From: an uncultured Verrucomicrobiota bacterium
GTDB lineage: Bacteria; Verrucomicrobiota; Kiritimatiellia; CAIKKV01; CAITUY01
Reading direction: 5' to 3'
DNA: 59,002 bases
Assembly: GCA_964404035.1 (NCBI GenBank)
Contig: CAYOIT010000003.1
Coordinates: 1-59,002 of the forward strand
The notes under the pieces: generated by a model
The model's input: the letters and a program-made list of their open reading frames with translations, nothing else
Told to the model about the DNA's origin: nothing
Database searches by the model: none
Shown here: in pieces, positions 8,660 to 18,134 of the stretch
How the letters are laid out: every line of letters starts with the position of its first letter
Position numbering within the stretch: the stretch's first letter is position 1
Made by a program: the position numbers and the translations under genes

Positions 8660-8673
8660 GGTCCCGGCTGTGA

Positions 8674-9264
8674 CTATTTGGCGTGTTTGCCCAGGTAGGC
8701 GGCCACACCTTCGGCCGTGGGCTTCATGGCCTCGTCGCCTTCCTTCCAGTTGGCAGGGCACACTTCCCCGTGTTCCTCGGTGTATTGCAGGGCGTCCAGC
8801 ACGCGGAGAGCCTCGTCCACGCTGCGGCCAAGAGGCAGATCATTGACGATCTGATGCCGGACCACACCGTGCGTGTCGATGAGAAACAGGCCACGCAGCG
8901 CCACGGCATCGTTGAGCAACACGTCGTAGGCCCTGGCAATCTTCTTGTCGAGGTCGGCCACCAACGGGTAGCTGATCTCCCCGATGCCGCCTTTGGCGCG
9001 CGGTGTCTGACGCCAGGCCAGGTGTGTGAACTGCGAGTCAACCGACACACCGATCACAACGGCATTCTTGTCCTTGAACCGCTTGGTCGCCTTGTCGAAG
9101 GCGATGATTTCCGAAGGACATACAAAGGTGAAGTCCAGCGGGTAGAAGAACAGGATCACATACCTGCCGCGATACGCCGACAGTTTGATTTCTCCGATGG
9201 AGTTATCAGCCATCACCGCTTGCGCGGAAAAATCAGGGGCTTCCTTGGTTACCAGTACCGACAT
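8674..9264 (-). CDS. ahpC: Typical 2-Cys peroxiredoxin (AhpC/Prx1 family)
   Basis: ATG with AAGGAG upstream. Peroxidatic Cys in DFTFVCPSEI and resolving Cys in HGEVCPANW. 196 aa. Confidence 0.9.
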   Translation of the reverse strand: MSVLVTKEAPDFSAQAVMADNSIGEIKLSAYRGRYVILFFYPLDFTFVCPSEIIAFDKATKRFKDKNAVVIGVSVDSQFTHLAWRQTPRAKGGIGEISYPLVADLDKKIARAYDVLLNDAVALRGLFLIDTHGVVRHQIVNDLPLGRSVDEALRVLDALQYTEEHGEVCPANWKEGDEAMKPTAEGVAAYLGKHAK

Positions 9265-9352
9265 TTTACACTCTCCTTGTCTTTATCGTTATTGCCGCCG
9301 CCACACGCTCGGGGTTACACGGCCCCTCCCGTGATTCAATCTGTGCACTAGA

Positions 9353-9373
9353 ATGCTACGTGGATGGTAGCAT
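9353..9373. promoter_or_regulatory. Palindrome ATGCTAC-N7-GTAGCAT between the Rrf2 gene and the peroxiredoxin gene (candidate operator)
   Basis: 7-bp perfect inverted repeat centred about 99 nt upstream of the peroxiredoxin ATG and 42-62 nt after the Rrf2 stop. No binding data. Confidence 0.25.
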
Positions 9374-9414
9374 TTGCAACATCTTTTTTTGTCCCGTCTT
9401 GGGTCCGCAAAAAA

Positions 9415-9819
9415 TCAGTCCACGAGCGACGCGAGGGTTACGTCGCGCAACTGCCGGTCGACGACGGCCTGGATCCCGCCGATGGCGCGATGCATGCGGC
9501 AGGTACAGGCTCGGCGGCACGTTTCGCCCTCCGCCAGGCACTGACTCAGGCGCGTGCCCGTTGGCGACATCACCTGGAGTACGTCGAAGAGGGTGATCTG
9601 CTCCGCCTCGCGGGCCAGCGTGAGGCCGCCCCCCTTGCCGCGCCGGCTGCACAGCAAGCGACCCGACACCATCCGCGTGACCAGCTTGCGCAGGAACCGG
9701 TAAGGAATATCCATCTCGTCAGCGATTTCCAGCGATGAGGCGCCGCCCCCTTCGGTTTTCTCCCGCTGGGCCAGCAACACCATCACCCGGATCGCATAGT
9801 CTGCTTCGCGTGTTATCAT
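9415..9819 (-). CDS. Rrf2 family transcriptional regulator with Cys-rich (Fe-S type) C-terminal segment
   Basis: Start re-set to the ATG at 9819 (MITREADYAIRVMVLLAQ...); the track start at 9864 is TTG. wHTH region: SSLEIADEMDIPYRFLRKLVTRM. Cys cluster: CLAEGETCRRACTCRMH. Confidence 0.85.
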   Translation of the reverse strand: MITREADYAIRVMVLLAQREKTEGGGASSLEIADEMDIPYRFLRKLVTRMVSGRLLCSRRGKGGGLTLAREAEQITLFDVLQVMSPTGTRLSQCLAEGETCRRACTCRMHRAIGGIQAVVDRQLRDVTLASLVD

Positions 9820-9908
9820 GGAAAGTGATACTGCATCAGTAGCATTAAAGGGCGCGTGTGACAAGATCTGGTGGACCGGTTGCGGGCGATTGCGCCCGGG
9901 CTGGTTGT

Positions 9909-12065
9909 TTATCTGCCGGCCGGCTGGAGGGTGTAGACGTGCTGGCGTGCGAGGCGCACGGGACCGGCCGGAAGGTGTTGGGCGGTCGTCATGTCATAGA
10001 GATCCCCGTCGGGCGTGAAGTTCATGTCCTCGAATACCCACAGCACCTGGGACTCTCCGCCGCGATAAAGCACGGCCTTTTCGCCCGGCAGAATGGTCCG
10101 CTCCAGCATCAGCGGATTCAGTTTCTCGAACAGCCGCAACTGCTGGAAATGCCATTCAGTGGGCCGGTCCTCGGGGCCCCTAATCTGGGCGAAGTGGAAG
10201 CTCAGGGCGTCGTGCTCGGGATGCCAGAAGAGGCACCACATCATCCGGTAGGCCAGGCCGCGGAAGAAGACGTCGTCCGGATCGGCGCCGGCCTGGCGCA
10301 GGGCAGGGACGTCGAGATTGGCGATGCAGTCCGTCCAGATCGACAGGCACCCGAGGCGGGCCACCACGCCGGGACCATGCCGGTGCAGGCCGAAGACCCC
10401 GAGGTCCTCATTGTCATAGCGGTACCCGAGTCGCTGCATGGCGACCATAAGGTCCAGGTGGGCGCGGTATTGCGAAAGGATCGCCTGCGGCGGCTCCTGC
10501 TCGGGACGGTAATGTCCCAGCAGGTGCGTCTGGTCGGCGGTGCCGCCGGACTGCCCGGCTTCCAGGCGCTGGACCCAGTGGTACTTGTCGCTCGACAGAT
10601 TGAAGGAGCTGTCCAGGAAGATGCCGTCGAGGCCGATCTGGTCATGGGCTTCGCCCCAGCGCTTCAGCCAGTAGTCGCGAACCACGGGATCGCGCAGATT
10701 CAACACGGCAAAGATGGGCGTGTAGTGGTCCGCCTCGATGGCATTGGAGGGGTTGCGCACAAACCCTGTCGTCGTCTGGGCCAGGGCCTCCATGATGGAG
10801 CCTTCGCGGGGGAGGAACCTGATGCGATCCGCGTTGCCGTTGCGCTGGCTGAAAATGCTCGTCAGGGTGGAGATCGAGGTATTGCCCCACATCTCGACCT
10901 CTGCGCCCGCGGCATGGGCGTCGCGGCATAACGCCGCGAGCGGTTCCCTGCCCACCGACTCGGCGACCTGGTAATCCACCGTGCAGCACATGTTGCTGAC
11001 GCCCCAGGTGTTCATGTTGTTCTGGAAATGGTTGGCCAGCCCGATCAGCCGCACGCCGGCCGCGAGCAGTTTGGGAAGCCCGCTCACGCGGTAGCGGTCC
11101 ATATCGGCCGGGCCCCACTCCTCGATGATGCCATAGGGGGGGACGCGCTCGCGCCGCATCCCGAGCTGCGCGTGGAGCGTCTCGTGTACCTGTTCCTTGA
11201 CCGCCTCGTAGGCATTGGCGCGTCCAACCGCATCCTGCTGGCCGGGCGCGAACAGGACTTCGACGGGCGCCGTGGAAAAGGCAAGGGCCAGATCGCCGGT
11301 ATGCTCGTGCCAGTGCACCAGTTCATCCTTGCCCCGCGGCTTTTCAAAGAGCGAGCGGACGTGGGCTACTTCCGTCACCCAGGTCACCAGCGTGCCCTGG
11401 GGCCCCGAGGTGAAGGTGAACCCCTGCAGTTCCGTCTGCAGGGGCAGGAACTGGAAGATGCTCGGATTGGCGCAGTCCGGCAGGTACCACTCGGTTGAGT
11501 GGAACTGCTCCACCGAGGTGATGGCCACCACCGGCGGCGTGAAGCAGTTTCGCATCCAGAACTCGTTGCCCACGGCACGCCCCCCGGGCTCCCAGGTGCC
11601 GCGGTCGAGGATGCGGAAAATCGGGATCGTGGCGCTCCGGTAGCGGTATTGATAACTGAAGCCGGTGTAAGCCGTGCCCCCGAGGGTACGGGTCACCGGG
11701 CGCAGGTCCAGCTCCAGCGTGGTGTCCTCCGCCGGCCGCGGCGCCTCGGTCCAGTCGGCGGTGCTGTAGCGTGTGCGAACCGTATGCACCATCCAGTCCA
11801 GCATCCCGCCTTCCTTACGGTCCATGCTGAAGGTCAGCGTGGTTCCGGCGGCCGTCGCCTTCACCTTCTGCAGGCGATACCGGCACAGGGTAATCCCGCC
11901 GGGATTGCGGATTTCCACGAACATGGGCCGCCGGCCGCTGCGGAGAACCGTCTCTCCCAGCGTCACCTGGCCCAGGCCCTGGAACTCCGCTTCTCCCTGC
12001 AAGGCAATGTGAATGCCGTTGGCCAGCGACAGTCCCTGTTTCAAGCAGTCATTCACACGCGTCAT
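9909..12065 (-). CDS. Hypothetical cytoplasmic protein, possible (beta/alpha)8 glycosidase-like enzyme
   Basis: ATG with AGGAGG upstream, 718 aa, no signal peptide. The central and C-terminal region has TIM-barrel-like strings (GVRLIGLANHFQN, GAEVEMWGNTS, IGLDGIFLDSSFN). Family not recognised. Confidence 0.55.
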   Translation of the reverse strand: MTRVNDCLKQGLSLANGIHIALQGEAEFQGLGQVTLGETVLRSGRRPMFVEIRNPGGITLCRYRLQKVKATAAGTTLTFSMDRKEGGMLDWMVHTVRTRYSTADWTEAPRPAEDTTLELDLRPVTRTLGGTAYTGFSYQYRYRSATIPIFRILDRGTWEPGGRAVGNEFWMRNCFTPPVVAITSVEQFHSTEWYLPDCANPSIFQFLPLQTELQGFTFTSGPQGTLVTWVTEVAHVRSLFEKPRGKDELVHWHEHTGDLALAFSTAPVEVLFAPGQQDAVGRANAYEAVKEQVHETLHAQLGMRRERVPPYGIIEEWGPADMDRYRVSGLPKLLAAGVRLIGLANHFQNNMNTWGVSNMCCTVDYQVAESVGREPLAALCRDAHAAGAEVEMWGNTSISTLTSIFSQRNGNADRIRFLPREGSIMEALAQTTTGFVRNPSNAIEADHYTPIFAVLNLRDPVVRDYWLKRWGEAHDQIGLDGIFLDSSFNLSSDKYHWVQRLEAGQSGGTADQTHLLGHYRPEQEPPQAILSQYRAHLDLMVAMQRLGYRYDNEDLGVFGLHRHGPGVVARLGCLSIWTDCIANLDVPALRQAGADPDDVFFRGLAYRMMWCLFWHPEHDALSFHFAQIRGPEDRPTEWHFQQLRLFEKLNPLMLERTILPGEKAVLYRGGESQVLWVFEDMNFTPDGDLYDMTTAQHLPAGPVRLARQHVYTLQPAGR

Positions 12066-12089
12066 GGGTTTTCTGTGCCTCCTGACAAG

Positions 12090-15000
12090 CTACTTTTCGA
12101 AAGCGAACTCGACCTCGTTGGCCCAGTGCGATTCCCAGTAGGCGTGAAAGGCCAGGTTGTTTTGCTTGGAAACGCTGCGGCCCGCGGCGAGCTCGTAGCC
12201 GGGGCCCTTGTTGTCCGACACGCGGAAGGAGAACTTGATGTTTCGGCCCGCCTCCAGGGCGGCCTTTACGTCGGGGATCTCCGACCAGGGAAGGGCGCAT
12301 TCCATGATGCGGGTGTTGCCGTCCTGGACGACGGCCAGCTTGCCGTTGTCGACGGGGCCGCCATCCTTCTCGGCTTTGCCCTGGCGCGGGTAGAAATGCT
12401 TGCGCGGAACGCCGGGAGCCAGCAGGCGCCAGATTTCCGTCCCGCCCCCGTATTTCGTCCCCACGGCATGGAGGAAGTACTCGTAGTCCGTATCCTTGTA
12501 CACCATGAACCGAGGCATGGTCCCCGCGGGGTACTCGTACAAGCCCTTCTGCTGGGTGGGCAGCACGTTGAAGGCAATCTGGACCGCATCGCCGGCGAAC
12601 GGCAGGTCGGGGTTCTTGCGGTAGGAGTAGCGCCGCACCCCCGCGGGCCAGATGAATGGCTTCTTGTGTTCGGTATCTTTCGAATGGTAGCTCTGCGCCG
12701 GGTAGTAGTACTGGTCGTCGTCGCGCGTCGCGAAGCGGACGGCGCTCTCTTCGGCGGTGCTGTCCGCCACCTTGGCGGCAAAGTAGAAGTAGTCGGCGTC
12801 GTAAGCCAGGTAGCTCACCGTCATCCCGGCTCCGGCCTTCTCGGGGAACTTGGCGAAGGGCAGCCAAGCCTTTTCGGTCATGTTCGGGCCGCTGTCATGG
12901 GCGACGGTCACGATCTGCGGCAGCACGTCCGCCCAGTCGTCCAGTTTGCCGTCCACAGCCACGGTGCGCTTGCTGATGACGTTCACGTGCAGCCCCTCGG
13001 TCAACGTCGACGTGCCGTCACGGCCGGCATCAAAGACGACCGACAGGGGGTAGACGTTGTTCTCGCTGGCCTTGTTTCCCGTTACCTTGAGGGACAACGT
13101 CCTGGTTTCGTGGGCCGCCAGGGTCAGGGATTGGGCGGGGGATTCCACCCCAAGGTCGCCGAGCGTGATCTTGAGGGCGCCCGTGACCGGCCGGTTCAGC
13201 ACATTCGCGAGCACCACTTGAAGCACCGGTTGCCGATCCAGCCGCGTCGTCAGGTCCCGTGCCTGGAGTTCCACCGGCGCCAGGCCGTCGATCTGTGCGG
13301 CGCGGAGCGCGTCGAGCAGCCGCGCGAAGGAGCCGGTCTTGCCGGTGGTGCGCAGGAAATACCCGTTGCCGTTGAGCGGCACGACGATTCGGCCTTTTAC
13401 GCGCGGTACGGGGTTTCCCAGGTAATCGTACAGGCTGAAGTCGCGGTCGGCCTTGGCCAGGGTCAGACTTGCATCGGTCAGCACTTCGGCACTGGCGATC
13501 GCCTTCTGCAGCGCGGCGCGTTGCTCCTTCGGGGTCTCCGCCGGGAGGGACTCCAGCTGTTTCCGGAGGGCCGCCACCTGCGGTGCATTCTTGAGCCCGA
13601 GGACGGACCGGAACTTCAGCAGGTCGCGCCCGTAGTAGGCTTTGCTGAGGTCGCCAACCACCACCACGGTGCCATCGTCAGGGTTGGGTTTCCGGTCGGT
13701 TCCCGGAAGACCGTCGAAAACGAAAACCCAGGGCAGTCCGCCTGTAAAGAGCAGTTGCCGGAATTCCCGCTCGCCCAGGAAGTGCTGGGTCGCGGCGATA
13801 CCCCCGCCACAGGCCCAGGCCTGAATCATGTTCACTTTATTCGTTTTGCCATCGGCGGTGAGGACGGTCGCGCGTTGGGCGGTGCGGGTGACATCATGGA
13901 TCACTCCCGCCGTACGGGTCAGGCCCTGGGCCCGCATGGAGGCGATCACAGGGGCCACATGATCCTCGGTGTTGGCGAACCAGCTTTCGGTGTCCCATGC
14001 GCGGACCGGGCCGAGGGGCGACTTACGTTCCATCCAGGCGGGGATCAGCGTGGGCACGGTTCCCATGGGCTGGTAGTGAATGCTGGTGAAGTCGAGCCAC
14101 TTGAGAAAGGTGTCTTTGCCATCGCCGAACAACTTATCCTCGGTGTTCATGGAGGAGCAGGTTCCCCCGATGAGGACTTCCACCTTGTCCTGATCGCGGG
14201 CCTCGACAATCCCTGTGGCCATGCGCTCGTAGAGCTCGCGGTAGCGAGGCATATCGGCGCCCCATCCGGAGATGGAGCAGCCTTCCCAAGGCTCGTTCCA
14301 CAGTTCCATGGCGTTGAGGGGACCCTTGGGCCAGCCGTGTCGGCCGGCGACCTCTCGGCACCATTTCTGGAAGTCCATGTCAAACTGAGGCATCCAGGCA
14401 AAGTCGCCGGGGTACGACATCGGTCCCTCGTCCTTGTCGTTCAGGAAGGATCGGACGACGCCGAGCGGCATGGTGCCCTGGTCGCCCCCGTTGATACAGA
14501 GCATCAGGGTAATGTCGTGCTCCGCCATGGTGTTGCAGTATTTGGCCAATTGCGCCATCTGGTTCGAACACGTCTGCCCAGTGGTCGGCTGGTAGCCCCA
14601 CTCGATGCGCGTCCCCTTGATGCCCAGGCGCTGCCAGAGGCTGCACATTTCCGGCGAGAATTCTTGCAGATCCAGCGCGTAAGTGGGGTGCTGCACCTTA
14701 CCCGGGGTCGCCGGGGGTGTGCGCAGAAAGGCCGCGGCGAATTGCCGGCCCTGGCCCGGAAGATCGACGACGAGCACGTAGGCCCCAAACCGGTTCGCCA
14801 CCTTGGGTTTGAGGGTCACGTTGGCGAACCCCTTGGCCGGGAGATCCACACTCACGGGCACCGATCCGCAGACCTCTTCCTTCCGGCACAGCTGTACCCA
14901 GCCGTCCAGGGGATCGCTGACGGTGGCATAGGCAATGGTCTCCACCGTGCCCTTCGCCTTGAGCGGCTGACCCGACTTGTTGACGATCTGAAGGGTGAAG

Positions 15001-15218
15001 GCGATGTCGTCGCCCGGCCAGAAGACGTTGGCGGGGGCCGTGCAGGAAACCTGCTGCACGGAGTAGTTGGTGGCCAACTGGCCGGGGGTTAGGCCGAAGA
15101 CCTGATCCGAACCTTTCCCGCCGTCGAAGGCCGTCGCCGGGGTTGTCAGCAGTGCCGGGAGAAGGAGGGCCAGGCCCCATCCGATACCTCGTGCCATTAG
15201 ATCATGCCTTCGCTTCAT
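12090..15218 (-). CDS. Secreted clan GH-A-like glycoside hydrolase with C-terminal CBM9/DOMON-like domain
   Basis: Start re-set to the ATG at 15218 (MKRRHDLMARGIGWGLALLLPALLTTPATA, a signal peptide) with AAGGA upstream. Acid/base-type motif AMELWNEPWEG. C-terminal VAVDGKLDDWADVLPQ ... YLAYDADYFYFAAKVADS is typical of CBM9-like modules. Confidence 0.6.
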   Translation of the reverse strand: MKRRHDLMARGIGWGLALLLPALLTTPATAFDGGKGSDQVFGLTPGQLATNYSVQQVSCTAPANVFWPGDDIAFTLQIVNKSGQPLKAKGTVETIAYATVSDPLDGWVQLCRKEEVCGSVPVSVDLPAKGFANVTLKPKVANRFGAYVLVVDLPGQGRQFAAAFLRTPPATPGKVQHPTYALDLQEFSPEMCSLWQRLGIKGTRIEWGYQPTTGQTCSNQMAQLAKYCNTMAEHDITLMLCINGGDQGTMPLGVVRSFLNDKDEGPMSYPGDFAWMPQFDMDFQKWCREVAGRHGWPKGPLNAMELWNEPWEGCSISGWGADMPRYRELYERMATGIVEARDQDKVEVLIGGTCSSMNTEDKLFGDGKDTFLKWLDFTSIHYQPMGTVPTLIPAWMERKSPLGPVRAWDTESWFANTEDHVAPVIASMRAQGLTRTAGVIHDVTRTAQRATVLTADGKTNKVNMIQAWACGGGIAATQHFLGEREFRQLLFTGGLPWVFVFDGLPGTDRKPNPDDGTVVVVGDLSKAYYGRDLLKFRSVLGLKNAPQVAALRKQLESLPAETPKEQRAALQKAIASAEVLTDASLTLAKADRDFSLYDYLGNPVPRVKGRIVVPLNGNGYFLRTTGKTGSFARLLDALRAAQIDGLAPVELQARDLTTRLDRQPVLQVVLANVLNRPVTGALKITLGDLGVESPAQSLTLAAHETRTLSLKVTGNKASENNVYPLSVVFDAGRDGTSTLTEGLHVNVISKRTVAVDGKLDDWADVLPQIVTVAHDSGPNMTEKAWLPFAKFPEKAGAGMTVSYLAYDADYFYFAAKVADSTAEESAVRFATRDDDQYYYPAQSYHSKDTEHKKPFIWPAGVRRYSYRKNPDLPFAGDAVQIAFNVLPTQQKGLYEYPAGTMPRFMVYKDTDYEYFLHAVGTKYGGGTEIWRLLAPGVPRKHFYPRQGKAEKDGGPVDNGKLAVVQDGNTRIMECALPWSEIPDVKAALEAGRNIKFSFRVSDNKGPGYELAAGRSVSKQNNLAFHAYWESHWANEVEFAFEK

Positions 15219-15311
15219 CGTAGCTGTCCTTTCTGCTGTCATGTTGAGCGGGATTGATGGTTTCGAGAGAGGCGAGACTTCTGTCCCCTTCTTTATCTTT
15301 AAGAAGCGTTA

Positions 15312-15340
15312 TTAATGCGCCGATTGGATCAGCGCGTCAA
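15312..15340 (-). promoter_or_regulatory. Sigma70-like promoter candidate (TTGACG-17-CATTAA) upstream of the secreted GH gene
   Basis: Hexamers read on the minus strand in the 154-nt spacer between 15373 and 15218. Consensus matching only. Confidence 0.2.
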
Positions 15341-15372
15341 GCTCATCGCCCTTCCCTGAGAAGGCGGGAACG

Positions 15373-16563
15373 TTACCCGCCCTTGATGATGGAAGTCACC
15401 TCGCGGTGCCAGGCGATATTTGCCCAGAGCCCTTCGAACTGGGGATGGGTAAAGTTGGACGAGCCGTTAAACTTGAACCCCAGCTCGGCTCCCAGCTTGG
15501 CACCGATCAGTCCCGTCTCCTTGACAAAATCCCAGTCCAGCAGCGGGTGCTCGCGCCACATGATCGGCCCCCATCCCTCGGTGCTGCCGCAGGGGACGCC
15601 CAGCGTCTTTCCGACAGCGGCAACGTGGGTCAGTTTGCCGCGCATCCATGTGACGAGATCGTCCCGGCAGGTCGGCCACGTCTGCCGGATACTGGCCAGG
15701 CAGCGCTCGTAGCCCGCGTCGCTGTCGGAAGCGGAATGGATGGCGTTGAAATAGTCGACGCGGTTCGAGAACTCGATGTTCTGGGTGAACCAGTGGTGAA
15801 CATCGAGGACATCGAAGCGGCTCAGGTCCATCCGGTCCCAAGGCGTGGAGTTGCTGTGAGTAAAGCAATAAAGGAAATCCAGCGCCGGCCAGGCCTCCTT
15901 GAGTCTTCGCAGTGTTTCGGTGGCGAAGGCATTGTAGAAATCGAACTGGCGGGGATTGTAGCAGTGGCTGTCGACATGGCGGCACCGCTCCTCCTCCGAC
16001 AACCCCTCCAGGTCACCCTGGCGGGGGGCGCTCAGGCTTTCCAGCATGAGGTTCAGCCACTCGAAGCCGTGCCAGAGGGGATATTCGTTAAGCAAGTCCA
16101 CGTAGAGGATCGTATCGAGCAGGTTATGGGACTCGAGAAAGGCGAGGGTCTCGTGCCAGATGCGGACAAACTCGTCCACTCCCTGCACCTGCTTGTGGCG
16201 ATTCTCACGAACATTCGGGAACCAGGTGGCGATGCCGACCTTGACGCCGCGCTCGCGACACTTGGGGAGGAACTCCGCGAGACCGGCCCTGGGCTCCAGG
16301 TACGTGCCCCAGGGGTTCCGCCACGGGCTGCCCAGGCCCTGGTCACGCGGCCTGAAGAAGCGCTCCGTGACGGAGCCGTCAGAGCCGGAAGCGACCAGGT
16401 GGGGGAATCCCTCGATCCGGATGGCGTTGTAACCGCGCGCCACCAGCTCATCGAGGGCCTTGTCCCAGTTGGCAAAACTGCCGTGTTTGTAATGCCGGGT
16501 CAGCCAGCCGGTATCCCACATCGCGATGGCCAGGCGCCCCTCAGTCTTGCTCAGTGCCGTCAT
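15373..16563 (-). CDS. Cellulase-like (clan GH-A TIM barrel) family protein, cytoplasmic
   Basis: Start re-set to the ATG at 16563 (MTALSKTEGRLAIAMWDTGW), which is preceded by GGGGGG. Strings: ELVARGYNAIRIEGFPH and YVDLLNEYPLWHGFEW (NE acid/base candidate). No signal peptide. Confidence 0.55.
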   Translation of the reverse strand: MTALSKTEGRLAIAMWDTGWLTRHYKHGSFANWDKALDELVARGYNAIRIEGFPHLVASGSDGSVTERFFRPRDQGLGSPWRNPWGTYLEPRAGLAEFLPKCRERGVKVGIATWFPNVRENRHKQVQGVDEFVRIWHETLAFLESHNLLDTILYVDLLNEYPLWHGFEWLNLMLESLSAPRQGDLEGLSEEERCRHVDSHCYNPRQFDFYNAFATETLRRLKEAWPALDFLYCFTHSNSTPWDRMDLSRFDVLDVHHWFTQNIEFSNRVDYFNAIHSASDSDAGYERCLASIRQTWPTCRDDLVTWMRGKLTHVAAVGKTLGVPCGSTEGWGPIMWREHPLLDWDFVKETGLIGAKLGAELGFKFNGSSNFTHPQFEGLWANIAWHREVTSIIKGG

Positions 16564-16702
16564 ATCATTCCCCCCTTGGATGACTGGAATGCTCAAGGCC
16601 TCCTGTCATAGCCTCTTCGCCTCAGGGAGTCCACCCCTTTCAGTTTCGATGTTATTGAAAGTCGTCCTGTCGTTTCCAGCCGACCCTGTGTTAACGTGCC
16701 GC

Positions 16703-17590
16703 ATGAACATCAGTTTGGGTAATGAGCAATGTCGTATGGTCATCACCACGCCGATGACGGCGTGTTTTGCAGAGTATGGCCCGCGGTTTGACACCCTTGG
16801 CGCGGTGACGGCTGTCCACTGTGACGGTCAGAGCTTCTGCACGCGCGAGGGGTTGATTGACGAGTTCAACATCCAGCCTCCGCTGGCGCCTCCGGGCTAT
16901 GAAGCCGCCAAGCCCGGTGAGCCGTTCGTGAAGATCGGCGTGGGCGAACTCCTGCGCGCGGACGCCGGTCCGTACCGTTTCTCGCATCCCTATACGGTCC
17001 GGCAGCTGGCCCCGGTGACCTTGGAGCAACAGGACGGCCTGCTGAGGCTGTCGCAATCGTTGCGCTCGGAAACCGGCTGGGGCTACGAATACCGGAAGAC
17101 TTACCGTGTTCAGCCTGACGCCGCGATGCTGGTGATCGAATACACGCTGACCAATGTGGGGCAGCGGCCGATTCACGCCGAGCAGTACAACCATAACTGG
17201 TTCAACTTCAGTGGCGATCCCGTCAACGGGCAGTATTTCGTGGAAGCGAAGTTCGACATGATGGACCAGGGCACCGCGTGGACAGAACGCCAGGGGCAAC
17301 GGCTCGCCGTGAAGGGGCGGCTTGGCCAGGCCAGTTACTTTCCCTCACCACGGTCTGCTCCGGCGGCGGCGAACTGGTTGCACGCCGGCCATGCGGGCCG
17401 GGGGCAGGGGGTCTTTGTCGGCGGCGATTTTGACGTCGCCAGGTTTGCCCTGTATGCCGACCCGGGCGCGCTCTGTCCGGAGGTGTTCGCCGAGATCAGG
17501 CTTGCCCCAGGCCAGGTGCGGACCTGGAATCGAACCTACGCCTTCCATAGCCACGGCACTGCGGGCGCTCCGAACGTCATTGCCAGGTGA
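16703..17590 (+). CDS. Hypothetical protein, possibly mutarotase-like beta-sandwich
   Basis: Protein-like composition from the ATG at 16703 (MNISLGNEQCRMVITTP...). An in-frame ATG at 16649 is an alternative start. The 3' end overlaps the convergent nitroreductase gene by 14 nt. The fold suggestion is weak (EYTLTNVGQRPIHAEQYNHNWF). Confidence 0.45.
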   Translation: MNISLGNEQCRMVITTPMTACFAEYGPRFDTLGAVTAVHCDGQSFCTREGLIDEFNIQPPLAPPGYEAAKPGEPFVKIGVGELLRADAGPYRFSHPYTVRQLAPVTLEQQDGLLRLSQSLRSETGWGYEYRKTYRVQPDAAMLVIEYTLTNVGQRPIHAEQYNHNWFNFSGDPVNGQYFVEAKFDMMDQGTAWTERQGQRLAVKGRLGQASYFPSPRSAPAAANWLHAGHAGRGQGVFVGGDFDVARFALYADPGALCPEVFAEIRLAPGQVRTWNRTYAFHSHGTAGAPNVIAR

Positions 17591-18134
17591 CGAGTTCGTC
17601 CAGGGAAAGGCGGGGGGAGGGGCGATCCGGGCGTGAGGTCGGCCAGCCCAAGGTGATCAAGGCCTGCGGCAGGATTTCCGTTGGCCAGCCCACGATCCGG
17701 CGCACCACCTTCGGCCGTATCCAGCCGACCCAGCACGTCCCGAGCCCAAGCTCCGCCGCCTGCAGAACGGCATGCTCGCCGGCGATGCCCAGGTCCAGCA
17801 GGGAATAGTCCACATGCGACAGCAAGGGGGCCACCCGGTGCGTGACCAGTGACTTCCGTACGCCCAGCACGAGAATGACGGGGGCCTGTGCCGCCCACAC
17901 CATGCCCAGCCCCGGCAGGGTACCCTCGTCGAGCAGCCTGGCGCGAAGCGTGGCCTCGGTGGCCACCACGAACCGCCACGGCTGACGGTTACAGGCGGAA
18001 GGCGCCAGCCGTGCGGCCTCCAGGATCTGCTCCACCGCCGCGCGGGGGACCGGGTCAGGCCGGTAGGACCGACAACTGAAACGCGCGGCCGCCAGCTCTC
18101 CCAATCCACGAGGGATCTGATCAGCAGAGCACAT
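17577..18134 (-). CDS. Nitroreductase family protein (185 aa)
   Basis: Only the C-terminal 185 aa of track ORF 17577..18548 look real. Start is the ATG at 18134 with GAAGGA upstream. Motifs: RFSCRSYRPDPVP and APSACNRQPWRF. Overlaps the hydG stop by 14 nt. Confidence 0.8.
   Translation of the reverse strand: MCSADQIPRGLGELAAARFSCRSYRPDPVPRAAVEQILEAARLAPSACNRQPWRFVVATEATLRARLLDEGTLPGLGMVWAAQAPVILVLGVRKSLVTHRVAPLLSHVDYSLLDLGIAGEHAVLQAAELGLGTCWVGWIRPKVVRRIVGWPTEILPQALITLGWPTSRPDRPSPRLSLDELVTWQ

Noticed and set aside
11499-15092. The longest ORF in the track (1197 aa, plus strand).
   Set aside because: It lies entirely antisense to the 718-aa and 1042-aa minus-strand genes. Its translation is Arg/Gly/His/Ala/Val-rich low-complexity sequence (MELLHRGDGHHRRREAVSHPE...) with no recognisable motif. 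The minus-strand products, by contrast, have a signal peptide, NEP catalytic motif and CBM9-like domain. This is a typical stop-free shadow frame in GC-rich DNA.
17515-17550. tRNA-like string GGAATCGAACC (reverse complement GGTTCGATTCC, a T-loop look-alike).
   Set aside because: The flanking bases do not form a T-stem (GTAGG versus CCAGG), an acceptor stem or an anticodon arm. The string lies inside a well-behaved coding frame (…VRTWNRTYAF…). I saw no tRNA, rRNA, tmRNA, RNase P or SRP RNA signature anywhere in the window, though this was by eye only.
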